A stretch of 64,000 nt of DNA from the human T2T-CHM13v2.0 reference genome, Homo sapiens, in the NCBI RefSeq assembly GCF_009914755.1, contig NC_060926.1, one strand, 5' to 3'. Under the pieces are notes generated by a model. That model was not told where the DNA came from and did not search any database. It worked only from the letters and a program-made list of their open reading frames with translations. Below are positions 29,877 to 44,001 of the stretch, piece after piece; position 1 is the stretch's first letter, and every line of letters starts with the position of its first letter. Position numbers and translations under genes: made by a program.

Positions 29877-32018
29877 TAAGAGTCATTTAAGATTAGGATT
29901 AGGGACCTGAATTCAAGTTTAAATTCAGTCTTGCCTGGTGCTACCAATGCAAATAGCTCAACTGAAGTGACAGTCAAATCATCTGATACGGTCACACATG
30001 GCTAAACTTGCATATGTGCAGGCAATGACAACCCCCTCGCAGTATACTTCTCTGTCTGACTGCTGGTAAGTGTCATTTGACATGAATGTAAGATGCTTCC
30101 CAAAGGCAGGAATGTAAAAATGTGAAAAAATGGCGTATGATATTTCAGCTGGGGCTGAAGAATGGTCCAGCAGGCTGGCAAGGACAGTGAGCATGGAGCA
30201 GACAGATGCAGGCAGACAGAGCTGCAGCAGCATGGGGCTTACCTGCCTTCCCTGGAGCAGCATCAACTTTTGAAAGGCTGAAATTTCAGGGAGGGTTTAG
30301 GAATCAAATAGGAAACAATCCAATTGGGGAGAAAACAGTGTTCTGTGACACTTGACAGCTCATTTTCTATTGAATTGAATGCCAATTCTTTGCCTCAGAA
30401 ATGAGCTCTGCCCTCAACTTTCCAACACACCTATTGTCTTCTCATTGTCTGCAGAACAATGCTTAAATGCTATAGCCTGCCATTCAAATCCCTCCACTCC
30501 ATGAAGCCAAAATGAAAGGGAAGGAATCAGGTTAAAAAGCCAGGCAAATTCCCTTCCCTCTGAGATTTGGCAGCATCCTCTCCCCTCCACCCCTGCTGCG
30601 TGCGACTGGTCTAAGCTGTTCACCAAGCATGCCTTGCGTTTGTCCCATACCAGTGCCATTGCTCATTCTGACTCTTCCACCATGATTCCTTCTCTTCCCT
30701 GATAACCAGCTCTGCTGCTCAAAACCCTGCTTATCCTTCAAAGCCCCACAGGCCTTTACTGATTCCCCAACCGGATATGAACTTTCTGTCTACCTCTGGG
30801 AAATTTTTCACAATCTTTTTAGATCAGGTACTACTCCCTAGGAAGCAGGACTATTACTCTGACACCTCATCTCGCTCCTCTGCCCTGCCAAACCAGGCTC
30901 AAACTCCTGCTGTCCTGGCTCTCACTGCCCAAACCCATTTTTTATGCTCAACTGGACTTTCAACTTTGTTCCTCTATGCTTCTTGCTTTGACCTGGAACT
31001 TTCAGATTTGGGGCCTACCGTTTCCATCAGTGTCTTGGTAGTCCTAGCTCCTGCCTATAAATGTACATATATTCCCTTGATACTACTGTACTGACAAACC
31101 AGTCAATGAGTTTCCAATTTCCAGAGCCCTTTACTCCAGCAGCCATTGCTGCTGCCCTTGTCAGACCCCAGGCCACAATCTCCCAGCTGCCCACTGAGCA
31201 CTGCTGGCCAGGCTTTAGCCATTGGATCATGTCATTAACTTCACGGACACAGAATATTTTTCTTGGATCTGAATTCTTTGTGTGTTTGTCTCACACTTTT
31301 GACCTCTTAAGGGTGGAGTCTGCAATGCCTGACACAGTGCCTTGCAAACAAGAGCTCAGAAGATATTAACTCAACACTGTTTGAACACGGGCACCTTAAG
31401 GTGACTCGGGCAGCTCCCAGTGGGTTCCAGCCATGGCCACACCTCAGGGTGCTGCTCACCCACAGCTAGGCGCAGGTTACGCTGTCTCTTAAGGTTGATA
31501 ACTGGACACTTCCAGAATGAAAAGGACCAAATGTCCCCATTTTGAATGTATGTCCCCTGCTGTGTTCCCAGGACCCGTCAGTCTCCTCCTTTCCTGCTTT
31601 TGCTCAACTTGTACGTGACCACCAGTCACACCAGAAAAAAGAGACTCTCTCTGGCTAGCCTGCAGGGTCCCTGAGGCCAGGTGCTGGGGTTTTTGTATGT
31701 CTGTACCTCCCCAGGGCCAAGCCCCTGCCTGCTCCGTGCTGGGCCTAGAGTTTGCACTCATTACAGTTTATGGCTTGAACACTTTCGGCCCCAGCCCGTG
31801 CCCTCTGTTCGTGCCATGTTTGCTTTCGGTGGTTGCTAGAATCTTTTTTCTCTCCTTTAAATTTCTGCCTGAACATTTTATAACATTTGCATTTTGATTT
31901 TTAAGTATTAATGTATTCTCCATTTATTATTGATAAGAGAAAAGGCGGAAGACAGAAGGGCCTGTGGGAAACTGATGGCATCACCCAGGGGTCAGACAAG
32001 CTTCTGTTTGAACCCTGC

Positions 32019-32535
32019 TGTGCTAGTTCTCTATGCTATGCAGCTGATTACCTCAACGTGATTCATAATAACACAAGTATTTCTTATTTCATTTTCAGTG
32101 AGGCAGGAATTTAGGGGTGACTTAGCTGGGAGGTTCCAGTTGAGAATTTCTCATGTGGTTGCAGTCAAGATGTCAGCTGAGGCTGAGTTATCTGAAGGCT
32201 TGACTGAGGTTGGAAGATTCACACCTAACATGGGTCACCCACTTGGCTGCTAGCAGGAGGCTTCAGTTTCTCGCCATATGGGCCTCTTCATAGACAGTGT
32301 GAATGTCCTCATGACTTTCGGCTAACTTCGCCCTAAGCAAGCACTCCGAGAGACAGAAGGCAGAAGCCACATATCATTTATGGCCTAGCCTCAGAAGCAA
32401 TATACCATCACCTCTGCCACATTCCCTTGGTCACATAGACTGATCCTGATTCAGTGTGGGGGGCTGGGACTGTGGAAGGGCATAAATACTGGAAGTAGGA
32501 CTCATTGGAGGTCATCTTGGAGGCTGGCTACCACA
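32019..32535 (-). mobile_element. MLT1F/H-type LTR
   Basis: 'ctgaaggcttgactgaggttgga..ggctggctaccaca'; TSD cctgc/cttgc. Confidence 0.75.
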
Positions 32536-33265
32536 CTTGCTTATCCAGGGAGTGTCTTTGTGCAAGTTATTTAACCTCCCTAAGCCTCAGTTTGTGCATT
32601 TGTAAATAATAATATTTACAGAGATTCGTGAAGATTAAATACTTATGAAGTCCTCTTACAAAGTGCTTGGAACTGCCCCAAGGTCTTCCCACATTTCCCA
32701 GGACTCCTCCAGGAAAGCCAATTGCAGCTTCTCTTTTAGAAACCCTCCATCCTCTGCTCTCACCTCCTCCCCTATTCATCCTTTCCCTCCTCACTTGTCA
32801 GGAAATTTTCTAATCTGACAGGGTTGTTGTGGGGGTGAGCCTCCTTCTTCAAACCTCATGTCCCCAAATACATGTCTATGCTTTGGTCCTCCGTGTTCCC
32901 CTAGGGACCATGCTTTGGAATCCATGCCTTCAGATTACTGCAGCCCCAGCTGACACTTTGACTGTATCTACAGCAGAAATTCTGGACTGGAACCACCCAG
33001 CTGAGGGACTCCCAGATTCTTGCCTCATGAAAGGTGTGAAATAAAAATCTTGTTTTAAGTCACTTTGGGAAGAATCTTGCTGGTAATTTCCACCGTCCCC
33101 CACCATCCTATCATCTCCCTGACCATATCAGGACTGAATATTTGCTTGGGAAGAACGCCAGAAAAGAAAAAAAAAAAGTTTTTTTAAATAATAATAACCC
33201 CAAAATTGGTTATTTTAGAAATCTTATTTTACCAAACACAGGATAAATATAAGATATCATAGGAG

Positions 33266-33666
33266 TTTCACTCACATCCATGTGAAGAGACCACCAAACA
33301 GCCTTTGTGTGAGCAACAAGGCTGTTTATTTCACCTGGGTGCAGCGGGCTGAGTCCAAAAAGAGAGTCAGGGAAGGGAGATAGGGGTGGGGCCGTTTTAT
33401 AGGATTTGGGTAGGTAAAGGAAAATTATAGTCAAAGGGGGTTGTTCTCCGGTGGGCAGGGGTGGGGGGTCACAGGGTGCTCAGTAGGGGAGCTTTTGAGC
33501 CAGGATGAGCCAGGAGAAGGAATTTCACAAGATGATGCCATCAGTTAATGCAGGAACAGGCCATTTTCACTTCTTTTGTGATTCTTCAGGTACTTCAGAC
33601 CATCTGGATGTATACGTGCTGGTCACAGGGGATATGATGGCTTAGCTTGGGCTCAGAGGCCTGACA
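33266..33666 (-). mobile_element. HERV-H solo LTR (LTR7)
   Basis: 'gtgaagagaccaccaaac...gggctcagaggcctgaca'; TATA and AATAAA on the minus strand; TSD aggag/agaag. Confidence 0.92.
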
Positions 33667-33736
33667 AGAAGTATCTCCTAAATTTGACTGGCTTCTTGGA
33701 GGAGATTACTATCAAGTGCAAATGAGAGCCACCCAG

Positions 33737-33802
33737 TGTCTTAGTCAAGATTCTCCAGAGAGACAGAACCAATAGGCTAGACATATAGATGATTGGATAG
33801 AC

Positions 33803-33850
<48 letters not shown>

Positions 33851-34410
33851 CATAGATACATAGATACATAGATAGATACATAGATGGAGTAGGTAGACAG
33901 ATACAGAGGAGGGATTTTATCAGGGAAACTGGCTTATATGATTGTGAAGGCTGAGAAGTCCCATAACAGGCTGTCTGCAAACTGGAGACCCTGGGATGCC
34001 AGTAGCCTGGCCTAATCCAAGTCCACAGGCCTCAGAACAAGGGAAGCAGATGGTGGAACTCTCAGTCCAAGACCAAGGACCTGAGAACCTGGGGAGCCTC
34101 TGGTGCAGGTCCTGGAGTCCCAGAGCTGGAGATCCTGGAGTTCTGGTGTCCACGGGCAAGAAAAGAAGGGTGTCCTGCTCCAGGAGAGAGAGAGGAAATC
34201 ACCTTTCCTCTGACTTTTTTGTTCTTTCTGGGCCGCAGCTGATTGGATGGTGCCCACCTACCTTGAGGGGAGATCTTCCTCATTCAGCCTATCAACTCAC
34301 ACTCCAGTCTCCTGGAGACATCCTCACAAACACACCCAGAAATAATGCCTTCCTAGTTCTCTAGGTATTCCTTAATCCATCTAGGTTGACACCTAAAATT
34401 CACCATCACA
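33737..34410 (-). mobile_element. MLT2B-type (ERVL) LTR
   Basis: 'ttagtcaagattctccagagagacagaaccaatagg...aaaattcaccatcaca'. Confidence 0.85.
33795..33885. repeat. Compound (GATA)n(CATAGATA)n STR
   Basis: ~12 uninterrupted GATA units. Confidence 0.95.
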
Positions 34411-34416
34411 TGCAAA

Positions 34417-34868
34417 GTATCAGTTCCTAGGCTGCTGTAACAAAGTACCACCAACTGTGTGGCTGAAGATAGAACTGTGTTGCCTCGCAGTCCTGGAGGC
34501 TGGGAGTCTGAGATCAAGGTGTCAGCAAGGCCTGCTGCCTCTGAAGCCTGGAGGGGAGTCCTTCCTTGCCTCTTCCTGGCTTCCAGGGGTCACCAGCATC
34601 TGTGCTGTTCCTCGGCTTGCAGCTGCATCACTCCCATCTCTGCCTTTGTCATCCCATGCTGCTCTCCCTGTGTGTCTGTATCTTTGCATGATGGTTTTAA
34701 AAATAAGGACATTATCATATTGGATTAGGAACCTACCCTACTCCAGTATGACTTCATCTTAACTAATTATATCTGCAAAGACACTCTTCAAATAAAGTCA
34801 CATTCTGCAGTACTGAGGGCCAGAACTTCAACACATCTTTTTTGGAAGAGCACAATTCAGCCCATACA
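34417..34868 (-). mobile_element. MLT1B/C LTR
   Basis: 'gctgctgtaacaaagtacca..gaagagcacaattcagccc'. Confidence 0.85.
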
Positions 34869-35587
34869 CTTGGAGAGGGATGGGGTGGGCCCTGGATTCG
34901 GTTTCAGCTCCTTGTGTAGAAAGTGACTGTGTAAACTCAGGTAGGTGTGGAGTATTTCTGCCCCTGCTGCCAGCAGGGATTGAGCTGGGGTGGGGGTGGT
35001 TGGCCCCAAGCTACAGGGGGAAGATAATCAAGGAGGCTAGGGGATCAGGGTGACCCGAAGTGAGTCAAAGACAATAGTCAGACAGTGAAAAGGAAGACTG
35101 TCCCAAACGGAAGCTGGGACAGGAAGGGAACAAAGAAATGAGTATGTTTAGATTACCAGATACTCTTATAAGTTGAAATGTTGAAACACTTGAAAAATGA
35201 CAATTATTTAGGATGGTAGGAAGAGGGAGGCCCAGGCAGAAGCTTCAGATACCTTTGTATGAGATAGTTGTGGGAATAGAATAGACTTCCAGAGGCATGT
35301 TCTCGGGACTTCTGGAGATGGTGCCTGCTGTCGGGGCACAGTGTGGAGAAACACTCACCTCTTTGAAAAGTAACAATGGAACAATTTTTTTCTCTCCTGG
35401 GAGGCAAAGATGAAGGCTTATGTGCCCCAGCGTGGAGCCCTCTTCAGCTAATACTCACTGTCTCACCTCCTTCCCCAAGTGGCTTAAACCAGTCAAAGGC
35501 CACTTTTGGCTTCAGTAATGGCTCCCAGACTGCACTCGCAACTTAGCCTACTCCCATTATCAGCCAACACCCACATTTTGTTCAGTT

Positions 35588-35909
35588 GATTTATTTAATT
35601 AAATTAATTAGTTAATTAATTTATTTACAGACAGCGTCTCTCTCTGTCACCCAGGCTGGCATGCAGTGGCATGATCTCGGCTCACTGCAACCTCTGCTTC
35701 CTGGGTTCAAGCGATTCTCCTGCCTCAGCCTCCTGAGTAGCTGGGATTACAGGCACCAGCCACCATGCCCAGCTAATTGTTGTATTTTTAGTAGAGACAG
35801 GGTTTCACCATGTTGCCCAGGCTGGTCTTTAACTCCTAACCTCAGGTAATCCACCCGCCTTGGCCTCCCAAAGTGCTGGGATTACAGGCGTGAGCCACTG
35901 TGCCCGGCC
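35588..35909 (-). mobile_element. AluS
   Basis: Full dimer. Confidence 0.95.
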
Positions 35910-35983
35910 AATTTATTTATTTTAAAAACTCACTCTGCAACTCCAAAGTGGCTGCTTGCTATCTTGTGAGCAAAACTTGCTCA

Positions 35984-36644
35984 TGTGAAAGGAAAAGAAA
36001 TCTCAAGACCTCAAAATCACAAAGCCAAGGGAAAAGTCAAGCCAGGAACTGCATCAGGCAAACCTGCCTCTCATCTTATTCCTAAGTAAGATAGCTACAA
36101 AGATTAAAAAAAAAGCTATATACCTTCCTCACAATTTGTCCACAAGAAAATTCCTTGTAGGCCTTAAGATCTTCACCCTAAAACAGTTCTCTTGAATTTC
36201 ACCCTGGCAGTGTAAACTGATAGCTTATCTTCACAGGTACGGGACAAAAGTCATCCCTCCGCTCACCTGAGACAAACGCATATTTGATTGCTTCCTCTGC
36301 CTTATTGTTTATGTAAAAATACAGATTCACTGAGCCAGACTAAATTGTGTATTCATTGAAAGGCTGATCAAGGACTCAAAACAATGCAAACTTTTGTCTC
36401 TTTTCTACCTTTGTCTCTTATCTACACTCCCCTCCCCTTACCGGACCAAACCAATGTACATCTTACACATACTGATCGAGGTCTCCTGTCTCCCTAACAT
36501 GTATAAAAGCAAGCTGCACCTTGACTACCCTGGACACATGTCGTCAGGACCTCCTGAGGCTGTGTCATGGGCACGCCCCTTAACCTTGGCAAAATAAATG
36601 TTCTAATTTGATTGAGATCTGTCTCAGATACTTTTGGATTCACA
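35984..36644 (+). mobile_element. MER4A/MER4A1 solo LTR
   Basis: tgtgaaaggaaaa...ggattcaca; TATA and AATAAA present. Confidence 0.85.
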
Positions 36645-36799
36645 TCCATCACTAAAGGCAAATTTCATACTGACTGCTTCATGTAGTAATTTAGGCAAGT
36701 TTGGAGAGACATCTGTTCCTGTGAATTCTATAAATATTTTCAAATTCATCCAATCTTTCAAAAATTACTTGAGTGTCTACTATATACCTCAAAATGGAA

Positions 36800-37321
36800 T
36801 GTAAGGTCAGCCGAGAGAGAAAGGACAAGACAGAGAGAGGCCCAAGTCCAGGCAAGCCTTTGTTAACCTGCCGGCTGCCCTCTTAACAGTCAGAGGAGCA
36901 GCCCTGAGCTTACAAAATGAGGGGTTTATAGTGGGGAGGGGAGTTTGGGGGAGTCCTTTGGCATGGCCGCATCCCGGGGTTGTTTGCTGGTTAATTTTAC
37001 CACATACTGCCTTGTGACGTTTATGGTAGAATTTACAGGAGGGTGTAGGTAAAGTTGGTTTATGCTTCCCACAACCTCCCACTGTGCGGTCCGATGGCTT
37101 GTAATTGGGGTTTGCTTATCGCAGCAAGGCCTGGTAGGTGAAGTCTGCTGGCTTCACCACGGCACCTAGATAAGGGCTTAGAAGTGTAACGGGGCTCAGG
37201 GGGAAGGGTGGGCGGCACGAAGGGTTGCAGAGCATAAGCGGGAGGAGTGGGCAGCACGGAGAGGTTTGGGGGAAGTGTCGGCAGTACCAAGAAGCTTTTT
37301 TGGGGCAGTTCGTCCCTAACA
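36800..37321 (-). mobile_element. Solo LTR, LTR18-like (tentative family)
   Basis: TG..CA ends (tgtaaggtcag...ccctaaca); TATA on the minus strand; CpG-rich. Confidence 0.65.
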
Positions 37322-37552
37322 GAAATATTCTGCCTTTCCTAAGGAATTACTCACCTGGTTTGTAAACTTTACATATGTGATATCTTTGGGTAAGTTTTTT
37401 AGTTTAAAATACTTCTATCTTAGCCTGTTTATTTCTCTCTAACCTAAGTCCTTTCTTGCTGTCTTTTTTTTTTTTTTTTAGTTTAGCAAGGGTAATTTTA
37501 GAAAACGATTTCTAAATTAGAAGTAAAATTCTTAACAATAACTTAATAATAA

Positions 37553-37852
<300 letters not shown>

Positions 37853-38034
37853 TAACTTCTTAAGTTTGGATCCTCTTTCAAACTCATCATTAAGAAAAAC
37901 ATTTTCAACCAAAAGCCTTAGACTATTGAAGCAAAGTTGTTTCCTAATTTGGAAAACTTGTTCTTGGAATAGAGAAGCCTTTTTCACATTGGAGAACTCA
38001 CCAACACGAATTGTTTTGTTTTTAAAGGGGAGCA

Positions 38035-38335
38035 CAAGATGCATCTCAAAAACATTATGCTGGCTAAAAGAAGCCAGACACAAAAGAGTATATTTATATG
38101 AAATTCTAGAAGAGTCTAAACTAATCTATAGTGACAAAAAGCAGATCAGTGGTGGCCTGTGGCTGGGATAAGGGAGAGGGCTGACTGCAGAGAGGCTAGA
38201 GGGAACTTGCTGGGGGAATGAAATGTTCTATATCACGATCGTGCCAGTGGATACATAGATGTCTACGTTTTCCAAAACTTATCAAAGTGCACATTTAATT
38301 CTATGTAAATTACACATCAGTAAAATTTAAAAGCA
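38035..38335 (+). mobile_element. L1M 3' end
   Basis: 'tctcaaaacattatgct..aagaagccagacacaaaagag'. Confidence 0.75.
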
Positions 38336-38397
38336 AGAACATAAATGCAACCTGGAGCTAGGATCTGACTAGACAGGAATTTTGAAAGAAATGAAAG

Positions 38398-38405
38398 TAT
38401 ATATA

Positions 38406-38458
<53 letters not shown>

Positions 38459-38468
38459 ATAAAATATA
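38398..38468. repeat. (TG)n(TA)n microsatellite
   Basis: Visible. Confidence 0.9.
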
Positions 38469-39762
38469 TCCTCTTTCTGTTTTTCTTTAAAGAGTTTTAT
38501 TGAAGTATAATTTATGTACCATAACACTCGCCTGTTTTAAGTGTACAATTCAATAGCGTAGTAAATGTATGGAGCTGTGCAACCACCATCATAATCCAAT
38601 TTTATAGTGTTTCCATCACCCCAATAAAATCTTTCATGACCATTGGCTGTCAGTCCCCATTGGGCTAAGCAAGCACTTTTAATAGGCTGAGCTCATGTGC
38701 CAGGGAGCCTGTGCAAGACTCCAGCCTCCGTGGGCTCGGCTTTCTTTGGAGCAGCTTCAAGCACCGTCCCTCAGGGGCCCCACACAGGCAGGCTCTTCAC
38801 CTGCTTGCAGTCACAGGTGTGATCTCTACTCTGTTCCTTGGGTCCCCAATGCACAGGGCATGAGGAAGACTGTGGCTGTCCTTTGGGGGCATCCTGCTGC
38901 TCTCTGCACCCAGCACTGTCCAGTCACAGGGCAGCAGAACCTCTCAGTCCCTGCTGTCCCAGCTCCAGGCCACCTGCTTCCCTTCTGTGACCAGGTTGCT
39001 ACTGGACAGGGCTCAAGTGCACAGCCTCTTCTCCTGCCAGCTGCCTGAGAGCAGGCCCAGGAGGAGCCTGTCCTGCCTGTCAGCTGTTGCCTGGAGCAGT
39101 GACAAGCGCTGGGCTGAATCTCCCCGCAGCAACACGGTAGGTAGAGAGAACACACGCATGCTCGCAGTAGACTTGGAACAAAACTTAGCCCCACTTTAGG
39201 CAATAATTGTGTTTAATCTAAAAAGGCTGACACATACCCAGAAACAAGTGGTAAAGCTGCAACCTTAATCTTCGGAAGTCAACGGCAACCAGCTGGCAGG
39301 AAGGTGGAGGACAGATGAGTCTCCCCTTCCACACTCCCATTGAATAGTAAAATTAAGGGAAAAGCTCACGACTGACTTTTTAAGTACATCCCTGGGATTC
39401 TACTGGTAGAATTTAGAAATGAACAAAATAATCATAATTTACTTATACATAGACTATCACAATCTAAGAGTATGTGTAAGGAGGATGAGTTCCGTTGCAG
39501 GAGAGGGTTAGCTCTTGCTCTTTTAAGGGAGCTGATAACTGGTTTGCTCAGAGTTCTGAGCTATGGACCAGCTGTGAAGACTGGTCCGTCTTTTGAGAGC
39601 AGTGTGACAGGCTGAGTGTCCCTGGAGAGCTACTTTTAGTATTAAAAATAGGTTTTAAAAATCTGGAATGTTGGGGCTGTGTTAAGTCAGCCAACAAGCA
39701 GCTCATGGGCTTCTGGGCACATTCATGTTGCTTTTCTAGACAGTATAATAGGTCACTGCTAT

Positions 39763-40235
39763 CAAGGCTGGTTATATAATTTTCAAGGACCAGTGCAAGA
39801 TAAAAGCATGGATCTACATGCTTATAAAGAAGGAAAAAGGCTTGTTTCCTTTCCTTTGCAGTCTCTCTTTTTCTTTCTTGACCTGATAAGGCATTTTTAA
39901 AATTTGCTATTTAATATGCTCTTTTGGTCATGGTGGCATGCCCAGGCCCCCAGCAGGAGTGGAGGGCAGTGGCAGCTGCTGGTTGAGGGTAAGGAGTGGG
40001 CAACTGAGCCCAGAAAGGCTGGGAGGCAGCAGGAGTGGGACCGCATGTGAGCTGAGGCTCCAAGCCCCCCTGGAGCATGTTGCATTGGCCTTCACTAATA
40101 GAGCATAGATTCAAAGATCAAATTATTAGGAATTTCAACATGCCAGTTGCAAAGCACCAAACCCCAGGAGAGGCCCCCTGCTTAGCATGTGGTCCTGGGT
40201 GGCTGGCTCGTTGCAGGCTTAGGCAGCTGGCCCTG
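39763..40235 (-). mobile_element. MER45-family hAT-Tip100 element
   Basis: TIRs caaggctgg / ctggccctg; degenerate 8 bp TSD actgctat/atggctat. Confidence 0.7.
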
Positions 40236-40681
40236 ATGGCTATTTCTGTTTTATCATTTCTATGGAACCTCCTGCTGGCAGGATTTGAACCCAAATGGGC
40301 CAGGAGCCCCTGGGATGGCCAGCAAGTGTAAGCCTCTGAAAAGAAGTTGGCTTGATGCCAGCTCTCCTACTTGCTCCTTGGAAAACTAACTTAATCTTTA
40401 TGAGTTTAACCCTCCTGTCTATAAAATGGACATGTAAATAGCTGCTTTTCAGAGATCTTGTGAGCAGCATCAGAGATATTGCTGCAGGCCTGTATGGACT
40501 CACTGTCAGTAATAATAATACATTTGATCAAATAACTTTTATGTTTTAACCCAAGAAGTAAGCCAGCTAGAGTTTCAGAAATTTCAGAAATAAGAAGAAA
40601 ATACATATATTTACATTTATGATTTTATTATTTTTGGGTCTCTGGCATCAAGCCAAATGCCTCAGCACTATTTAGATATAG

Positions 40682-41037
<356 letters not shown>

Positions 41038-41300
41038 TCCTTCTTTCTTTTCTACATAACTTTCCTTGTCCTCATGGTGCATGCCTCTGCCCAGCTGCCG
41101 GATGCCTTATCCAGTGTTGTTCTGTCTGGACTGTGCCCCCCAAGCAGTGGCCTGTGGCTCCAGCTCTCCTGATTCCCCTACCTAAATTGAAATGTACCTG
41201 TCAAATGTCCCCTTAGCTTAAGACTTTGCAGGGTCTTCAGAGAGATTAGGTGATGGTGCAATCTATGTTAATCTACCTATATTATAGTCCTTGATGACAA

Positions 41301-42014
41301 TGTTATAGTAGGTAACTAGTCAGACATGAGCAGGGCAGGAGAGGCCCTCACCGCCCACCCAACCAGGAATGTCAGGCGACCATCAGGTGATGGTCAGGTG
41401 GTTGTTAACTGTCTTCTCTAAAAGAGTAATTGGTCACAGCCAGTGCCAGGGAAAGGCAGTCTCCCAATAGATAGAAAAAACCTGGAACTGGTGATCAGCA
41501 GCTTCCGGATAGGATCTCGGAAATTGGGTGAGTGGGCTCAAGCATGCATACTAAGAGGCAAAATGGTGGAATTTAACTGGTATATGGCCTATGGAAACAC
41601 TCAACTGGTAAGGAAAGAACGCCTCAAGTGAGCACGGGTACAACTCCAGTAAACACACTGCGCATGCTCCCCTCCCACGTGCTGGCAGGCAGGTCACTCT
41701 ACATATGGACAGCTCCCCACCAAAGGAAGAATCGGGAGAGCCGATGCAAGACCCTGGAAGCAGGCCAACATATAGAACCTCAAGTCAAAGTTCAAACCGG
41801 GCACTTGATCTCTCAAGGCGCCCACTTGGCCCTCTTCCAAGTGTACTTTACTTCCTTTTATTCCTGCCCTAAAACTTTTTAATACACTTTCACTTCTGCT
41901 CTAAAACTTGCCTCAGTCCTCTCTCTGCCTTATGCCCCCTCAGTTGAATTCTTTCTTCTGAGGAGGCAAGAATCAAGGTTGCCGCAGGCCTGTATGGACT
42001 CAACGCCAGTAACA
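41301..42014 (+). mobile_element. MER50 solo LTR
   Basis: 'cagacatgagcagggcagg..gaccatcaggtgatggtc..cagtaaca'; TSD acaa/ataa. Confidence 0.88.
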
Positions 42015-42600
42015 ATAACACATTCGAGCAAATAACTTATGTTTTAACTCAAGAAGTAATTTGGCTAGAATTTCAGAACCCCTAGGGCCAGCAGGGGAGG
42101 TTTTTGTGAATAGCTGAGAACACCATCTATATGAAGGTGTTGTGAATAAAGCCAGCCTACTTTGGAGGTAGAAGAAACTTCACCCCAGAGAGCAGCTGTA
42201 ACGTGAGGATCAGCTGAGTCCCTGGAGAGCTTCCCAGCCGAATATATAATTTCCAGGTCCAGGAGCTGAATTGGGCACTCAGACATGCTTGTTTGGTTGG
42301 CATTGCTTCGTTTTTAAAAATCTGAATGTGAATGCCTTCAAGTGGCGCCGGCCATCTCTGGTTCACTGGAGGCCCTACCTCCCCTATTGTCTGAATGCCT
42401 CCCTTTTGGCTGGGTCATTAGTCCATGCCCCCATATTAGAGGTGCAAAGTTGGTCTGGTTCACTGAAAGGTCAAGGCCAGAGGGCCTGGCTTCAGCTGGG
42501 CTCTGCCTTTGCCCCTCAGATCCTTTGCCGTTTTTCTGGCACACCTGTTCAGATGTGCCTTGACTCCCAACAGCCAGCACCTGGAGTTGACCTGGCTTGG

Positions 42601-43057
42601 TGTGCTGGTTTACTAGGGCTGCTGCAGCAAAGTTCCACAGACTGGGTGGCTTGAAGCAGCAGACATTTATTCTGCCACAGTGCAGGCAGCTGGAGCCTGC
42701 AGTCAAGGTGTTGGCAGGGTTTGTTCCTTTTGGAGGCTCGGAGCGGGATCTGTCCCATGCCTCTCTCCAAGATTCTGGTGGCTGCCAGCGATTCCCAGCG
42801 TTCCTTGGCTTGTGCCTGCTGCACTGCAACCTCTGGCTCTATCTTCAAATGGCAATGGTCCGTGTGTGTGTGTATGTGTGTCTGTCTGTCTGTATTCTCT
42901 CCTTATGAGGACACCGGTCAGTGGATTAGGGCTGCCCTACTCTAGTATGACCTCATCTTAACTGTTTACATCTGCAAAGACACTTTTTCCAAACAAAGCC
43001 ACATTCTGGGGTTCTGATGAACATGAATTTTGGCGGGGGACATTGTTCAGCCCAGGA
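42601..43057 (-). mobile_element. MLT1 LTR
   Basis: 'ctagggctgctgcagcaaagttccacagactgggtggctt'. Confidence 0.8.
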
Positions 43058-43152
43058 ACCCCGAGCTCAGGAAGAATCCAGAATGCCTAGGAATTTATAC
43101 CCCTCCAACTCCTTTTTGGGGAAGAAGGCTATAAGTACTCTACCCCCTTGTC

Positions 43153-43331
43153 TAGGACTGGCTACCTAATTTACTGGGCCCAGTGGAAAATAAAAGCATA
43201 GAGCCTCTTGCTATTAATAGAAAATGGTGGAGAATTTCAAGATGGTGACAGCAGAAGGTTAAACCAAGCATGGGCCCTTCTGAGCACAGGGTCCTGTATA
43301 ATTGCATGCTCCCATGAAGACCCCCACCCTT
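43153..43331 (-). mobile_element. MER45A
   Basis: 'gaatttcaagatggtgacagcagaaggttaaaccaagcatgggcccttctgagc'. Confidence 0.75.
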
Positions 43332-43701
43332 GCCTCTGATCAGAACGACTCAGAGAGGACACTTGTACTGTCCCTCCTGCTCTGCACAGGATCAGGCCAA
43401 CATCACCCTCTGTGGATCATGCCCCCTTGTTTGGCCTCCCTCACTTCTTAGTCCCACCTCCTCATTCCCCTACTGGTTATTCAGTTCTTCATAAATCCCT
43501 TTCACCCAGATTCCATCTCAGGTCTACTTTGGGGGACCTGAATGTCAGACAGGCAAGGGCAGCTCTGCTCTAACTGGATAATTATTAAAAAAAAAAATGT
43601 GCCTCAGCAGTGTGGCCTTAATGTGGGGGAAGGCAACGTCCTCCTTTCCTTTTCTCCATCTAAAGATAACTTCCAAAATAAGTCTTAAAGATGCACTAAG
43701 G

Positions 43702-44001
<300 letters not shown>

